The notes under the pieces: model-generated | What the model saw: the letters and a program-made list of their open reading frames with translations, nothing else | What the model was told of the DNA's origin: nothing | Database searches by the model: none | Assembly (NCBI GenBank): GCA_029717555.1 | Contig: JAMDHS010000051.1 | Location: 62,001 to 126,000 of the forward strand | Length of the DNA stretch: 64,000 bases | Source: Peribolospora baueri | Lineage: Eukaryota | Reading direction: 5' to 3' | Part shown: positions 35,192-47,675 of the stretch, one piece after another | How the letters are laid out: each line of letters opens with the position of its first letter | How positions within the stretch are numbered: position 1 is the first letter of the stretch | Translations under genes and position numbers: made by a program

Positions 35192-36707
35192 ATGACCAAC
35201 TTCAACTCGCCCGAGGCGATCCTGCGCAGCATCGAGGCTGAAAAGGCCTTTCTTATGACCCAGCTTGGTTTTTACGCTTGGGAGTGAGTCGAGTCCCAAC
35301 GGTGGACCCGCGTCGCAACGCGTGACACGCTCCTCTCGCTCCACGTCTCGACCGCACCTGACCTCTATCCAACTTTATCCATCGTCTCCTCCCTCCCTCT
35401 TCCTCGCCCGCACGCTCGCTCAGGTTTGTGCTCACCTTCTGGTTCGAATGGTCCATTTTCACCGGCCAGCGAAAGTGGCGCTGGGCCATGCTCCTCTACT
35501 TCATCGCCCGCTACAGCGTCATCGCCGCCGACACGGCCAACACCGTCTTCGTCACGACCGCACTGCCCGTCAACTGTCAGGCAGCCGTGTCGACGGCCAT
35601 CGCCTTTGCCGCTCTCGTCCACACCTGCTCTTCAGGCGTCTTTGTCCTCCGCACCGTCGCCGTCTGGGGCATGAACAAGTACATCATCTTCCCCATCGGC
35701 CTCATCTGGCTCGGCCAGAGCGCCACCTGGTTCCATTCTACCGTCTCCGTCACCACCCAATTCAGTACCACCGCCAACGCCTGCATCGTCACCGCCGAGG
35801 GCAACTGGCTCTGGGTCACCTACGCCTACACCGAAATCGTGGACACCTTGACCCTCGTCCTCACCATGTACAAGCTCTTCCGCTCCGAGGGTTCCGGCAC
35901 CAGGTATTCCATCGGCAGGATCTTGATCCAGCAGGGGTGCGTTGCGTGTTTTTTTCGTCCCACCGTCCAATCGTACCCTCACACACCCCACCTTTCTTTC
36001 CTCCCCTCCAGTCTCATCTATTTCATCGTCAGCTTTGCTGCCTCGACCTTTGCTCTTCTCATGGTTCTCTTGCGCGTGAGTGTGCTCTGGCTTCTGTTTT
36101 CAACCTCGGTCTGAGAGATCCTTTTTATCCTCCTCCCTTCGTCCGTCCACCTCGCCCCTTTTCTTCCTCCCCCCTCCCAGCTCAACGACGTCCTCTACCT
36201 CATCGGCTCCCAATTCGGTCTCACCGTCTCCGGTATGGCCGCCTGCCGTGCCTTTATCCATCTCTCCACCAACTCGGCCATCCACGATTCCGACGAGATT
36301 TACAGGTCACGCTCCGACGGTTTCAACAACATGAACCCCGGCTACAGGCGCAGGACCGGCCTCTCCAGCAGGGGCGGCTCTGGCAGAGTCCCCGGCTTGC
36401 GCTCAGCCCATCTCAGGAGCCACGAAAGCGCTCTTGGACCCAATGGTGATGGTGCGTCCGGTGCGAGTGGCAAGGCAGTGCTTTTGGACGAGACGAACGG
36501 TGCGTTACCGCACGAGAGCCCACGATCGCAGACTTAGTATCGCTCACACCTTCTTTCCTTCCAGGTGTCAACATCACCCTCGAGCGCACCGTGCACAGGG
36601 AAGAACTCGCCGAAGTCCCCCACGCCCACTTTGCTGAAACCGAAGACGGGTCCGAGACCGGCCCCAAGAGTACCCATCCGTTTGCCGGCTATGACCGCTC
36701 CTACTGA
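35192..36707 (+). CDS. Multi-pass membrane protein of the basidiomycete DUF6533-like family
   Basis: MTNFNSPE..., LTFWFEWSIFTGQRKWRWAMLLYFIARY, LRTVAVWG and ILIQQG|LIYF; several TM segments and a polar tail. Confidence 0.7.
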
Positions 36708-37299
36708 GCCGAGTCAAGTTGCCTCACGTTGGTCGATTTTCTTCTCTCCTTCCTTCGCTCCACTTTCCCTGCACTCGTATTCCCCCCATTCCCGCATCCC
36801 CCCCCATTTATTCGGCTGGCCCTCGCATATCCCCCTCCTCTCTAGCGGACGGACGCACGAACCTCTCCGTGGACGTTATTAACGGAAACGCCAAAAAAAA
36901 AAAAGGGAAAAAAAGGCGAAAAAAGGTATAAAATCGGTTAGTCATAGGCAAATGTCCGTACCGCGGACAGGTGGCCACTTCTGGCTTGCAATAATACCAC
37001 TCGTTCCCTCTCGCGTCGAGTGGAACTCGGCTGGGTTTCACCGACGAGGACGACTTGTTGTAAAACCATACCTGCGCGTGGCGGACGGATTCGAGGATGG
37101 CAGTCTGTCAGTAATAACCGCGGCCTGCACCTGCGAGCGTGGCGCGCCCACGACGGCTCCGCTGCGTCGTGGTCTTGTCGCGCACCGCCAGGCACCATGA
37201 GGAGGAGGAAGGACGTCGAGAAGGTCTTGCGAACGCTGTTTGTCCGCCCATCAGCTCTTCGTCCTCTCCTCAACGAAGCGAAATACAAGTAGGCTCAAC

Positions 37300-37950
37300 G
37301 GCTCGATTCATTTTCTCGGGCACATCGTTCGTTGACGCCCAAGGGTATACGCACCGATCCCGATCCCCGCCAAAGTGTCTCGGGGTCATCATTGACTGGC
37401 CCGTACCAGCCAACGTTACCGAGCTCTGCGGCTTCCTCAACCACTACTACCTCCGCTTCATCCCAGGGGTTTCGCACAGCGCGCATTCGACGCGCTCAAG
37501 AGAGCTTGAGAGCTCTGTTGGACTTCCGCCAACTTTTACCGGCGATTTCATAAACGGACGGCTATTCGAGCATCATCGTCCTTCCTTCCGCTCACTCGCC
37601 TCAAGACCGCTCGCTTTTACCGAGTCTAGTCCCCGGCCAGCGTTTTCACCATCGACACGGACGCAAGCGGGGGGAGGCGATCGGGGCGGTTCCTTCAGCA
37701 GGAGCTGAAGCCTAGCGAGGGGGTTGGACGACGACGGGCCGTTCGAAATTGACCAACCGCTTCCTTCATCCGATTTGCGTACGAATCTCGGAAGCTGACC
37801 GACCAGCACCGAGCAACGCTGCTCGGCGCAGGAAAAGCAGCTGCTGGCGATCAAGCATGGCCTCAACCAACTTCCGCACCACCAGTCGCTGAAGTACTTG
37901 CGCAGCCAGAAAGAAGTGGGCAAGCGGATTCGGCGTTTCATCAGCGGCTG
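37300..37950 (+). mobile_element. Degenerate Ty3/gypsy RT-RNase H remnant
   Basis: IIDWPVPANVTELCGFLNHYYLRFIPG and QEKQLLAIKHGL...HHQSLKYLRSQ, with frameshifts. Confidence 0.78.
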
Positions 37951-38489
37951 AGGGCCCCTCTTCTTCGCCCCTCTGGAGGAGGAGCAACGAGCAGCAAGAA
38001 GAGCGGCCGTCCACCAGGTTAACTCTGACGACTACGCCCACCACGAGGCGGTATGCGCGAAGCTGGACGCGCACACACCTGTTCCAGCGTACGTACGGCC
38101 TCGACCAAGGCTGGTGGCTCTGGAAAACACCAGAAGAAGGACCGCACCGCTCCGAGCGCCGGTCAGCCGCGCTCTTCACAAAGGGACATGTTGCCGTCGA
38201 GGAGTCGTCGGCTCAGTTTTTCTGAGAGAGGATACCGGTGAAGTAGGTGCCTGCCGACCATGGTTACGAGCAAGTGCGTAAGCCTCCAAGTCTATGCGGA
38301 ATCCACAACCGCTCCCCTCCACTGACTGACGACTCCACGGCAAGATACCCCGTCTGAGCCGACAGCAGGGCCAACCTGGAAGCGACCTGAAACGCACCAT
38401 CATATCTGTAGGTAACAGCGCCGATGACGCAATAGAACAGGGGCCTCGCGTTGCGAGAATCAGCGATGGAAGATGTAAAACAAGGAGAA

Positions 38490-38612
38490 AAGGGTGTTCA
38501 ACGAGAAAGAAACGAGTCTTCAACGGGGAGGGAAGATAAATCAGCGAAGAACAAAAAAAAACGAGAAAGAAACGGGTGTTCAAACAGGGAGGGAGGATAA
38601 AGCATCGAGAAG
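38490..38612. repeat. ~60-bp degenerate direct repeat
   Basis: AACGAGAAAGAAACG.GT.TTCAA...GGGAGGGA.GATAAA occurs twice. Confidence 0.65.
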
Positions 38613-39570
38613 AAACGGTTCGTCAGGATTAACAAGCGAGCCGCATTCGATTCGATTCGATTCGAATGGGATCGCCGTGTGTGCCCTGATGATCAGTCCA
38701 AAGTCTATCTAAGTCGCTTCGATTCGCACGAGGGGGGATGGATGTGACGCAAGGCAAGAAGGGCGAACGACGAACGAATGACTAACGACAAATCGAATCC
38801 GACTTTGGGAGACCGAGCGCGCTCGGTCGGCTCGGAAAGGACAAAGGAAGGATTAACTGGAAGGACGAGCGATATAGGCGCGGCGGGCGGGGCCGGCGTG
38901 GGACCGGTACAAGAATGAAGAAGGAAAAAGTGTCCGACGAGGGCGAGGGCGAAAGAAGAAGGCGGGGTTGAACCGGGTCGAATGGGCCGTGCTGTGCTCT
39001 GTTGTGTGTGTGTGAGCGGCGTTGAAAAACGGACGGATCATGGTGGGATTGCGAAGCGAAGGGGCGGAAGGGAAAGCTCGAAGACGACGACGAGGTATGA
39101 CGAGCGAGCGGGCAAGGAACACCGCTTTTGAGCCCAAGGGAAGCAGAGCCGGAATGGGACGTGGGGTCGTGAAATAGGAGCGTCCGTGTGGCGAGAGGCG
39201 AAGAGACGAGATGAAACGAGGCGAGGCGACAGGCGAAGAGATGAGGGAGACGAGGCGAGACAAGGGAAGGAAACAGCCCGGAACACAACACAACAAAACA
39301 AACAGAAAAAAATGCATGCGTGGAGTGAAGCTTAAGAGGAGAAAAAAAAAGGCGGGAATATACCGAGATCGAATAATCGTCCAAGGTCGGCGTGCGTCGG
39401 CCGAGAGATGGTCTTGTCAGGGTCGTGTCGTGACGGTCATGGAGGCGTGTTCTGGTCGGGGAATACCGAAGGAGGCTCCGTCGGGGAAGGAAGGAGTCCG
39501 TGACGAATCGAAGAAAAAACAAGGCGAGAGAGGAAGATAGCGAAGAGCAGAGGCGGTGGCGAACGGAGGC

Positions 39571-42500
39571 TCAACAGCCGGCGAGACTGTTCTTGGGGAT
39601 CGGATACTCGGTACTGTTCCAGATGGTCAGGTTCGGGTTGTTGTACGCGTCCCAGTGGCTGTGAAAGAGAAGCGAAAGAAAAAGGCGGGACGAGGTTGAG
39701 CAAAAAAAAAAAAAAAAGCCAGCTGCGACGGAGGACCCACCGATGGATGTAATCCGCCGTGGGATAGTCCTTAGGGTCGCAGCCCACGTTATCCTCCTGC
39801 CCATCCTTCTGGTAGAAGCGCACGTAATCGACGTTCAAGTAGGCGGGAAAGACGAGCCTCTGAAACTGGGGAGTCTGGAAGGCGGGCGAGAGAGCGAGGT
39901 TGATGACCATGGCCTTCGCGTACGGAAGGGGGGAACGGGAGGAAGACAAAAAATGAAGCACCGTCAGTAAGAAAGTAGACGCCAACGTGTTTCTCGCCTC
40001 GGACTCACCATCGGCTCTTGGCTGACGAGCCTCTGCCCGATACCGGTAGCCCCGTTCGGGCCAACGGCACCCGCTTTGGCGGTCCACGAGGGCTGCCCGT
40101 CGACGTACCACGTCACGTACCCGTTCTCCGGATTCTCCTTATTCGGGCTAAACTCGACGCCGAGCTTGATGTAAGCGGGCGTCTGAACGGTGGATTGGTT
40201 GTAGTACTGCGCGCCGTAGCGGGTGAGGACGGAGAGAGACTCTTGGTTGATGCCGCCGTGGTAAGTGTTCTGTACGGTGATGGCAGGGTTGTACAACACC
40301 GCGCCGGCGCTCGAGTTGTCCCAGTTGTAGCCGGCGTCGATGGGCGCGATCTGGAGGGACTGGCTGGCGGAGCCCTCGGTGACGCCGTCAGAGTACGTCT
40401 TGACTTGGGCTTCGATCAGATCAATCTCGGGCGCGCCCCTGCCCACGTTCACGTTCGGGCCCGGATGATCCTCGCCGGGGCAGGTACAAGCGGAGACGCG
40501 CTGACCGGGGAGCCAGGACAGCTCTCCACCGTAGTCTGTCGAGCCGCTCGTCTTGGCCGCCGGCGGACCGGTTTGGTTGACCCAGGTCTGGTTGGGCAGC
40601 GTGCCGACGTCGCACGTAGAGTAGCTGTACGGCCACATGCCGTCCGTCGTCGCGCCGTAGCCCGGCCGGCCGAGGTTGCCCATCATCCACACGGCGGGCC
40701 AGAAGCCCTGCATCGCGGCCGAGCCGGGGAACTGGACGAGGGCTGGCGGTCAAAAAAAAAAAGGAAGAAGAAGAAGAAGAAGAAGAAGAAGAAGAAGAAG
40801 AAGAAGAAGAAGAAGAAGAAGAAGAAGAAGAAGAAGGTCAGCCACGGGCGGGGGGGAGATGACGCTCTGAAAAGCTCACCTTCAAAATAACCACCGGTGA
40901 AGCAAAGCTTATTCCAGCTCTGCAGCATACCACTCTGGTAGTTAAGGTTATGCTGGGCAATTTCATCGATGGTGATCACGAGTTTGCCGCCGGCCGTCGT
41001 GATGGCCTCTGGTGTATACCATTCGTAATCTTGGGTTTGGTAGTAGTGCAAGTCGACGGCTTCCCAGTAAGGATCGTCTCCCGGGTAGAACGTCCGTCCG
41101 TCGAGGTTGAATTCGTCGGAGAAGACGAGGTGGTAAGGCGTGCCGTCCTGGGCGGTAAACTTCATGGCGTGTTTGGGCGTGTCGATGTCGACGAGCTGCG
41201 GCAAGTTGGCGATGTACGGCACCTGACCCGAGGCGTTGATGCCGCCGAGGCCAAAGCCAAAACCGATCCAGCGATGCGTCTTGTACTCGTAAATGATGGG
41301 GTAGGCGGCGAAGAGGGCGATGATGCCGGCGACGAGGATGCACAGCACGGCCATGTTCATGAACCCTCGACCGTCCATGGTTGCGAAAGCGCCCTTGCCC
41401 TTGCCCTTGGTGTCGGGGTTGTGCAGATGGTCGTCGTCCTCTTCCTCCTTGCCGTCCCAAATGAGGGCCGTGGTGGTGGGCGTCATGAAAAATTTGGTGT
41501 CCGATGGCGAGTCGCCCATGCTCGCCAAGCTGTACCCGCTCATCATGCTGAACCGGCTCGGCGCCCAGCTCGCCTCGCGGTTCATCGGACCCGGGGTGGC
41601 GCCGGCGCCCGTGGCGCCGATGGGTCGGAGGAACTCGACACCTTCGCCGCTCGCTCGAGCGCTGACCGATGCGCTACTACCTCCTCCTTCGGCAGCATTG
41701 CCATTGCCATTGCCATTGCCATTGCCATTGCCATTGCCATTGCCATTGCCGTTGCCGTTGCCGTTGCCGATGGCAAGGTTGGACTGACTGAGTCTCAAGC
41801 TGCCGGCCGTGGCAGGGCCGCCGGCGGCGGCGTGGGGCGAGCCGGGCGGGGTGAAGAGGCCGGCGAGGGTGCCCTCGGACATGTGGGAGTAGGGGCCGTA
41901 GCCTGCGCCGATGGCGCCGGTCATGAGGTCCCTCATCGTGCTGCTGCGGCCGCCTTCGAGGGTGGGGTAGTAGTCGCTCATTCGGTGGTTCATTCCCTCG
42001 CCGAGGGAGGCTATGCCGAACAGGCTCTGGGTCCGGCCGTGGTGGTGGTGGCCGCCGCCGGAGGCCGAGGACAACCCGAGGGCGATGCCGGGTGCGCTGT
42101 GTCCGGACCCGCTGGCGCTGGCGCTGTGGCTGTGCGAGGGGGAGGACTCGTCGGAGGCGTCGGTGCGGCCGTACACGAGCAAGTCGCTCGTCGGTCTCTG
42201 ATACTTGGGGTTCAGCGGAGAGGGGTTGACGGGGATGGATTTGGAACGGTCGTTGGCGAAGGAGGAGGGGAGGAGGGCCGAGAACGGCCTGGGCTGCTTG
42301 GGAGGCAGCGAGGGTGGAGCGGCGCTCGACGAGGACGAGGACGACGAGGGCGCGGCGGAGGTGGGAGATGTTCTCTGAAGATGCGAGGAGGAGGAGGAGG
42401 ATGGGGCGGCGGATTGAGAAACGGAGAGCGAGGACATGGACGACGAGGCGAGCGGCGTAGGACTCTGGGACACTGCCGGCGACGGCTGGGTGGTGCGGGC

Positions 42501-42893
42501 GGCGGGGGGAGGTGAGAGCTGGTCCGGGGACGAGGGCTGTGGTGGGACGGGAGAGACGTCGACGGAGGGCGGCACGGGCAGCGGATTGCTGGACCTCCTG
42601 GAGGAGAAGAAGGAGGAAGAGGCGGGGGTCGGTCCCAATGGAGGGGTGCTGATGACTGACGACGGCAGGGCGGGTAAAGGGTTGTTGAGCGACGTCCGCA
42701 CGGACGGCGGCGGGGAGACGGCGGTAAAGCGATCAGCGATGGGCAGAGGGGAATAGCGGGTGCCATCGGCGGTGTTGACGTCTGCGTCGGCGGTGGTGGG
42801 CGACTCTGGTGGAGAGGAGACGGGGAGGGAGATGTAGGCGGCGGCGGAGGAGTAGAGACGGGCCTCGTCTGCGGACGGACGGGGATCGGCCAT
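39571..42893 (-). CDS. KRE6: Kre6/Skn1 beta-1,6-glucan synthesis protein (GH16, type II membrane), multi-exon
   Basis: EEDDDHLHNPD, a single TM, LVFSDEFN..GRTFYPGDDPYWEA, SGMLQSWNKLCFTGG, GFWPAVWMMGNLGR, GRGAPEIDLIEA and VDYVRFYQ. Confidence 0.94.
40764..40836. repeat. (GAA)~24 microsatellite in a KRE6 intron
   Basis: Pure GAA run visible in the sequence. Confidence 0.95.
41695..41770. repeat. (TTGCCA/TTGCCG)n hexamer repeat encoding poly-(Gly-Asn) in KRE6
   Basis: GNGNGNGN run in the ORF. Confidence 0.9.
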
Positions 42894-44352
42894 GGCGAAG
42901 GAGGGATCGGGTTAGGTGATGGTGGTGGGAGCGATGTGGGCCGACAGAAGACGGCTCGCTTTTCTCGCTCTCTGGCTCGGCTTGGCTTGGCTTGGCTAGG
43001 CTTGCACCGCCTGGCGGTCGACGACGGCGTCGATTGTATTCGACAGCCAAAGGCGACCTGTGTACGCGCTGATACGAGCCGGCCGTGGTCTGGTCTGCTT
43101 TGTTTGCCTTACGAGGGGGCGGTGTGGCGTGTGTGGTGGAAGGGGTGGATGAGAGGGAAGACGGAGGTGGGAGGAGAGGGAGGCGATGTGGTGGGAGGGC
43201 GGGAAGAAGAGAAAAGGTGGGCGAGGCGGGAGGAAGGGGGAAGGAAGAAAGGGTGAGGGTGCCTTGCGTCTGTGGGCCGTCCCGTACGTAACGGTATGTG
43301 GTTATCGCAGATGAAGGGAGGAAAGAAAGAAAGCGCGGCAAGGGACGATGCTTGGTGGTCGCCTACACCCCGTCACGTCACCTCACGTCGCCCGGTCTGC
43401 TTCCGGGGCGGTGTGGACGGAGGGGGAGGGGGAGGGGGAGGGGGAGGCGGTCGTATGCAGTGATGGTGGTGTTGGTGGTCGTCAGTCGTCGGTCGTCGTT
43501 CGTCGCGCACAAGAGGACGGAGGAGACGGTGAACGGGGTTCAGGAGGACGGAGGGTTAATGGACGGAGGCGGAGTGGGACGAGACGAGACGACCTTGTTT
43601 GACGGAGGCGGACGTCGAAGGAGAAGGCGAGATGAGGCGAGATGAGATGGATGAGATGAGGCGAGCGCTGGCTCGAGTCGGCTTGGCTCGACGGACGACG
43701 ACGAAGACGAACGACAGACGGACTGAAGGACGGAGTGACGGACGGCCGACGACGATGGCCAGCCACGCGTGAGGGGAACGGGATGGTCGTCGTAGGCAGC
43801 GACGGCAGCGATCGTAATCGGCGCGCGGCCGATTATAATCGACAGCCGGGCGACAATTGTAATCGACGGCCGCGCGATCGTAACGGCCAGGCGACGATTG
43901 TAATCGGCGGGTGGACCCACCGCGTGCTGGCTGCGCCTCCCTCTCGCCTCGCCTCGCGTCGCTCCAGCCAGCCGCGCATGCCGACGACCGTCGCATCCGC
44001 CGACGATCCCGACAAGACAAGACGCAACACCGCCGTCCCATCCGAGACCCGACATGCCGCAGTCGCCGTTGTCGACGCCGCCACGTGATAAGCGAAAGCC
44101 GAAAGCCAAAAGCCAAAAAGCAAAAGCAAAGCTGCCGAACCGCGTGTCGCCTGCCGCCGATGTGCATATCTCTCTGTCTGTCTGTCTGTCTGCCTTGTCT
44201 TCGCACAAGGCGCGACCGTACCGTGGCGGTGCTGCAACCCCAGCCAGCCATGCACGCCCTCTCCTTTCTCTGTCTGTCGGCTCCTTGTGCTCCCATCCCC
44301 AAGAAAGAGGGACACACACACAGGAAAAAAACTCGCATGCTTAACCCGTTCC

Positions 44353-47300
44353 TCAACAGCAGCTACTGCATATAGATAGATAGAGAGACAGGCAGATCAC
44401 AACGCTGTCGGATCGGATCGGCACTAGAAGCAACGAACGAACAAGTTCCGATCGTTGCGTCGACGGCAGGAGCTGGAACTGGACGTGACGTAGTCGGGGC
44501 ACCGCGCCGACGCCGACGACGTTAGAATCTACATCAACTCGGCCTGCATCCTCCCCTTGTCCGACGCTCATCGCCTCGACCCAGATGCAGACGCACCCCT
44601 CCCCCGTTCCTCCTCTCCCTCCTCCTCCTCGTAGTCGTAGTTCGTGTCGAACACCGGCTTCGGCTGCGTCTTCTTCCATGCTGCGTGTAGAAAAAGCGAG
44701 GCCGATCAAGACCGACCGTCTGTCAGCCAGGCACCCCCACCATCCATCCCTAAGACGCGCTCACCCGAAGTCCATTGTGGATCCTCGTCCGCGTTCGCGT
44801 ACTTGAGCAGCGCTTCCCGTGGCTATCCGATTCGATTCAGGTGCAGACAGAAACGTCAGCGCGCTCCAACACCGCGACCGAGCACCACATGGGCCGACAT
44901 CGACTCACGTCTTCGAGCCTCGAATTGTCCCTGAAAATACTCTGCACCACGTGTTGCGTCGCGCTCGACCCCACCCGTCCCCCACGCCCGGGACCCTGCA
45001 TAGGCCGGAGGGGCATCTTGGTCGCCCGCGCGTCGTTGCGGAGTTTTTCGAATTTGCGCTTCTTTGCCGCTTGGCTTGCTGTTGTCTCTTCTCTGAACGC
45101 CGGTAGCGAGTGTGGGGTGATGATCGGACGGTCCAGTTGCGAGTCCAGGTCGTCTACCGCCCGCGCACGCGGCGCTTTCCCCACGCATAGCAGCGCACCT
45201 CGGATCGATGACGTGGGCGAGTAGAGCCCGTGGACCGTCCCGTCCGCCGACCCGGTGAATATCTTTCCGCGGACCGATCGCAAAGGGAGAAAAATTTCAA
45301 TGACAACTCCCACCCTTCGACCGATCCGATCCCAACCCACCTGGTTGATCCGCGAGTGCCACAACACCTTGACCACGCTGCTCTCCGACACCCCGATCGT
45401 CCGCACCACGTCCAGCGTGCTCCGATCCATCACCACCACCTTGCCCATCCCTTCCCCTTTCCTCACCCCGACGCCCGTAAGGATGTGCCTCTCGTCCGGG
45501 CTAAAGATCACGTTCGTCTCCGCGTTGTACGACGTCAGTCCCGATCGCGTGCTCATCGGTTTCTTTAACGACCGACAGTCCCAGACTGGCACACCCACCG
45601 AGGCGAGACCTAGCCGTCAGCATTCCGCCCCCGCGAGTGAAGATAAAAGAGAACAAAAAAAAAAGGCGGCGCTCACGCTTCACCGTGTCGTCGCCGCCTC
45701 GAGTGGCAATGGTGCGATTGTCCACCGAGAACGCGATGCTCGAGATCTCCGTGTTTTTCGTATGTGCGTTCTCGACCGTCTGAGAGAGCGTTAAACGGAC
45801 GTCAGCGGCCCGATTTCGGTAGCGCCGTGGAACCGGACGGGTTGCCACTCACGGCGTTCGGCCGCGTGAACGTGCCGGCGGTGCTCCACAGGTGGATCGC
45901 ACCGTCCAAACAAGCTATGACGATCGACGACCCGTATCACCGTCAGTCCGTCCGCACTCACTAACCGCGGGTGAGCCTCGTCCACAACCTCCCCCTCGCA
46001 CTCACCCCCGGCGATCACCTTCGAGTCCGGACTGTACGCGCAAGCCGTCACCTTTGTTCGCGTCCCTCGCTCTTTGCTCTTTACGACGATGATCTGCTTC
46101 TGCTTCCGTTTGTTCTCCACGTCCCACAACCTACACATACCAACCGGCGCCGCACGTCAGATCAATGTGCGCGGCAATAGGGACGGGACGGGACGGGACG
46201 GGATGCAAAGGCCAAACAGGACGGCTCACCGAATGGTGCTGTCCGCCGACGCGGTGATGAACGTCGTCCTGTCCTGTGGATGCCAAGCCGCGCTCGACAA
46301 CTCGGCCACGTGGCCCCTGCCAACGTCGCGTCGGGAACAAGTCCACCGGGCGCCGGTCAGAAAAGAAAACAGGAGCGAGTCGATCACGAGCACGCGTGCG
46401 TTCTCACGTAGTATGTCGCATGTCACGAAGATAGACGTCGCCTTTCTGATAGGTGTTTCTGAAGAGAGGGTAAAGCATGGTTCAGTCAACGAAATCCTTT
46501 CCCATCCCGACCCCACGATGAGCGGGCCGGCGACAAAAGAACCCAAGCCGCTCAACATAGGATGACCGTCGCGATCATAAAGCTGCGCCTGCGACGTCCC
46601 GGAGATGACCAAAAACGAGTCACCGGTGGTGGAGAATTGAAGATCGTGGATCTGGTAGCTCCCCGCAGGCTCAAAGCTTCGAAACGGTCGAAAGCCCGAA
46701 TCCATGCCGCCAAAGTCCCATAGCTTGACGTCGTAGTCGTACGAGCCCGAGGCAATCCGCGCGCCGGCTGGGTCGATGGCCAGTGCGGAAACGGTCTGCG
46801 ATCGGAGTGGAGCCAAGAAAGAAGGCCACGTCGTCGGTTCCTTTGCGGCGTGAACGAGTAAAATGGGGCGCCCAACGAAAACATTACCTTTGAGTGGTCC
46901 TTCATTATGATCTCGTGAGACACTGGCAATTCGTCGCTCGGCGTCTCCGGCTCCGGTCCCAAATCCACCTCCTCATCGTCTTCCGGCGCCGCACCGCCGT
47001 TCCCTGCAGGCGGCAACGGCGGCCCGACTTCCTTGTCCTCGTCCTCGTCCTCCCCTACTCCATCTTGGTCATCCCCGTCTTCGGCCTGGTCGACGACCTT
47101 GGTGGATTCCTTCGTAGCAGGTCGCTCCGGACCTTGCTGGGGACGAGGGCCCGGAGCTGCCACTTCTTCTTCCTAATGACGTCGGCCGAGTAGATCTAGT
47201 CAACATCCGATCGCCACGACCCAGCCGATGAACACGCGCACCTGCTCCCTCGTTCACTCACCGGTGCCTCTACCCTACGCGTCTTAGCCACTCGCCCTGA

Positions 47301-47381
47301 AATGTCCTGCTTCTTCTTCTGCGTCTGCTTGCCGAACGACATGGGCATCATGGCCCGCAGAGCTTCTTCGTCCATGTCCAT
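44353..47381 (-). CDS. WDR70: WD40 repeat protein WDR70 (GAD-1-like), multi-exon; 3' end approximate
   Basis: MMPMSFGKQ, LPVSHE, SGSYDYDVKLWDFGGM...FRSFEP, TRGGDDTVK, FSPDERHILTG, WHSRINQ, IITPHSLP.F and GPGRGGRVG. Confidence 0.88.
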
Positions 47382-47675
47382 GTTCGCCTTGATCAGCTCC
47401 TTCCGTGCAAGGCAAATTCCTGGGCGATTCTGCTCCCGTACCGAGTCAGGGCGATCCTTGTGGGCTTGTCAAAGGCAATGTTGAGCCTGGGAACACGGCG
47501 GTGGACAAGTGGTGGTGGCGCCGATACACGAACGTCACCCACCCAGCCGCGCGCACCGGGAACACAAGTGATCGGGATGGCCGCAGCACGTTGATCGGAC
47601 CCAAGTCGTTCGAGTCTTCTCGAGGCGAGCCCATTCCGAAGGATCTCGTCGCCTCCCATCTCCTTCCCTCCAACA

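Noticed and set aside
40018..42515. Long plus-strand ORFs (290 aa and 521 aa) opposite KRE6, and similar shadow ORFs across the window
   Set aside because: These are antisense shadows of GC-rich coding sequence and microsatellites, with no recognisable motifs.
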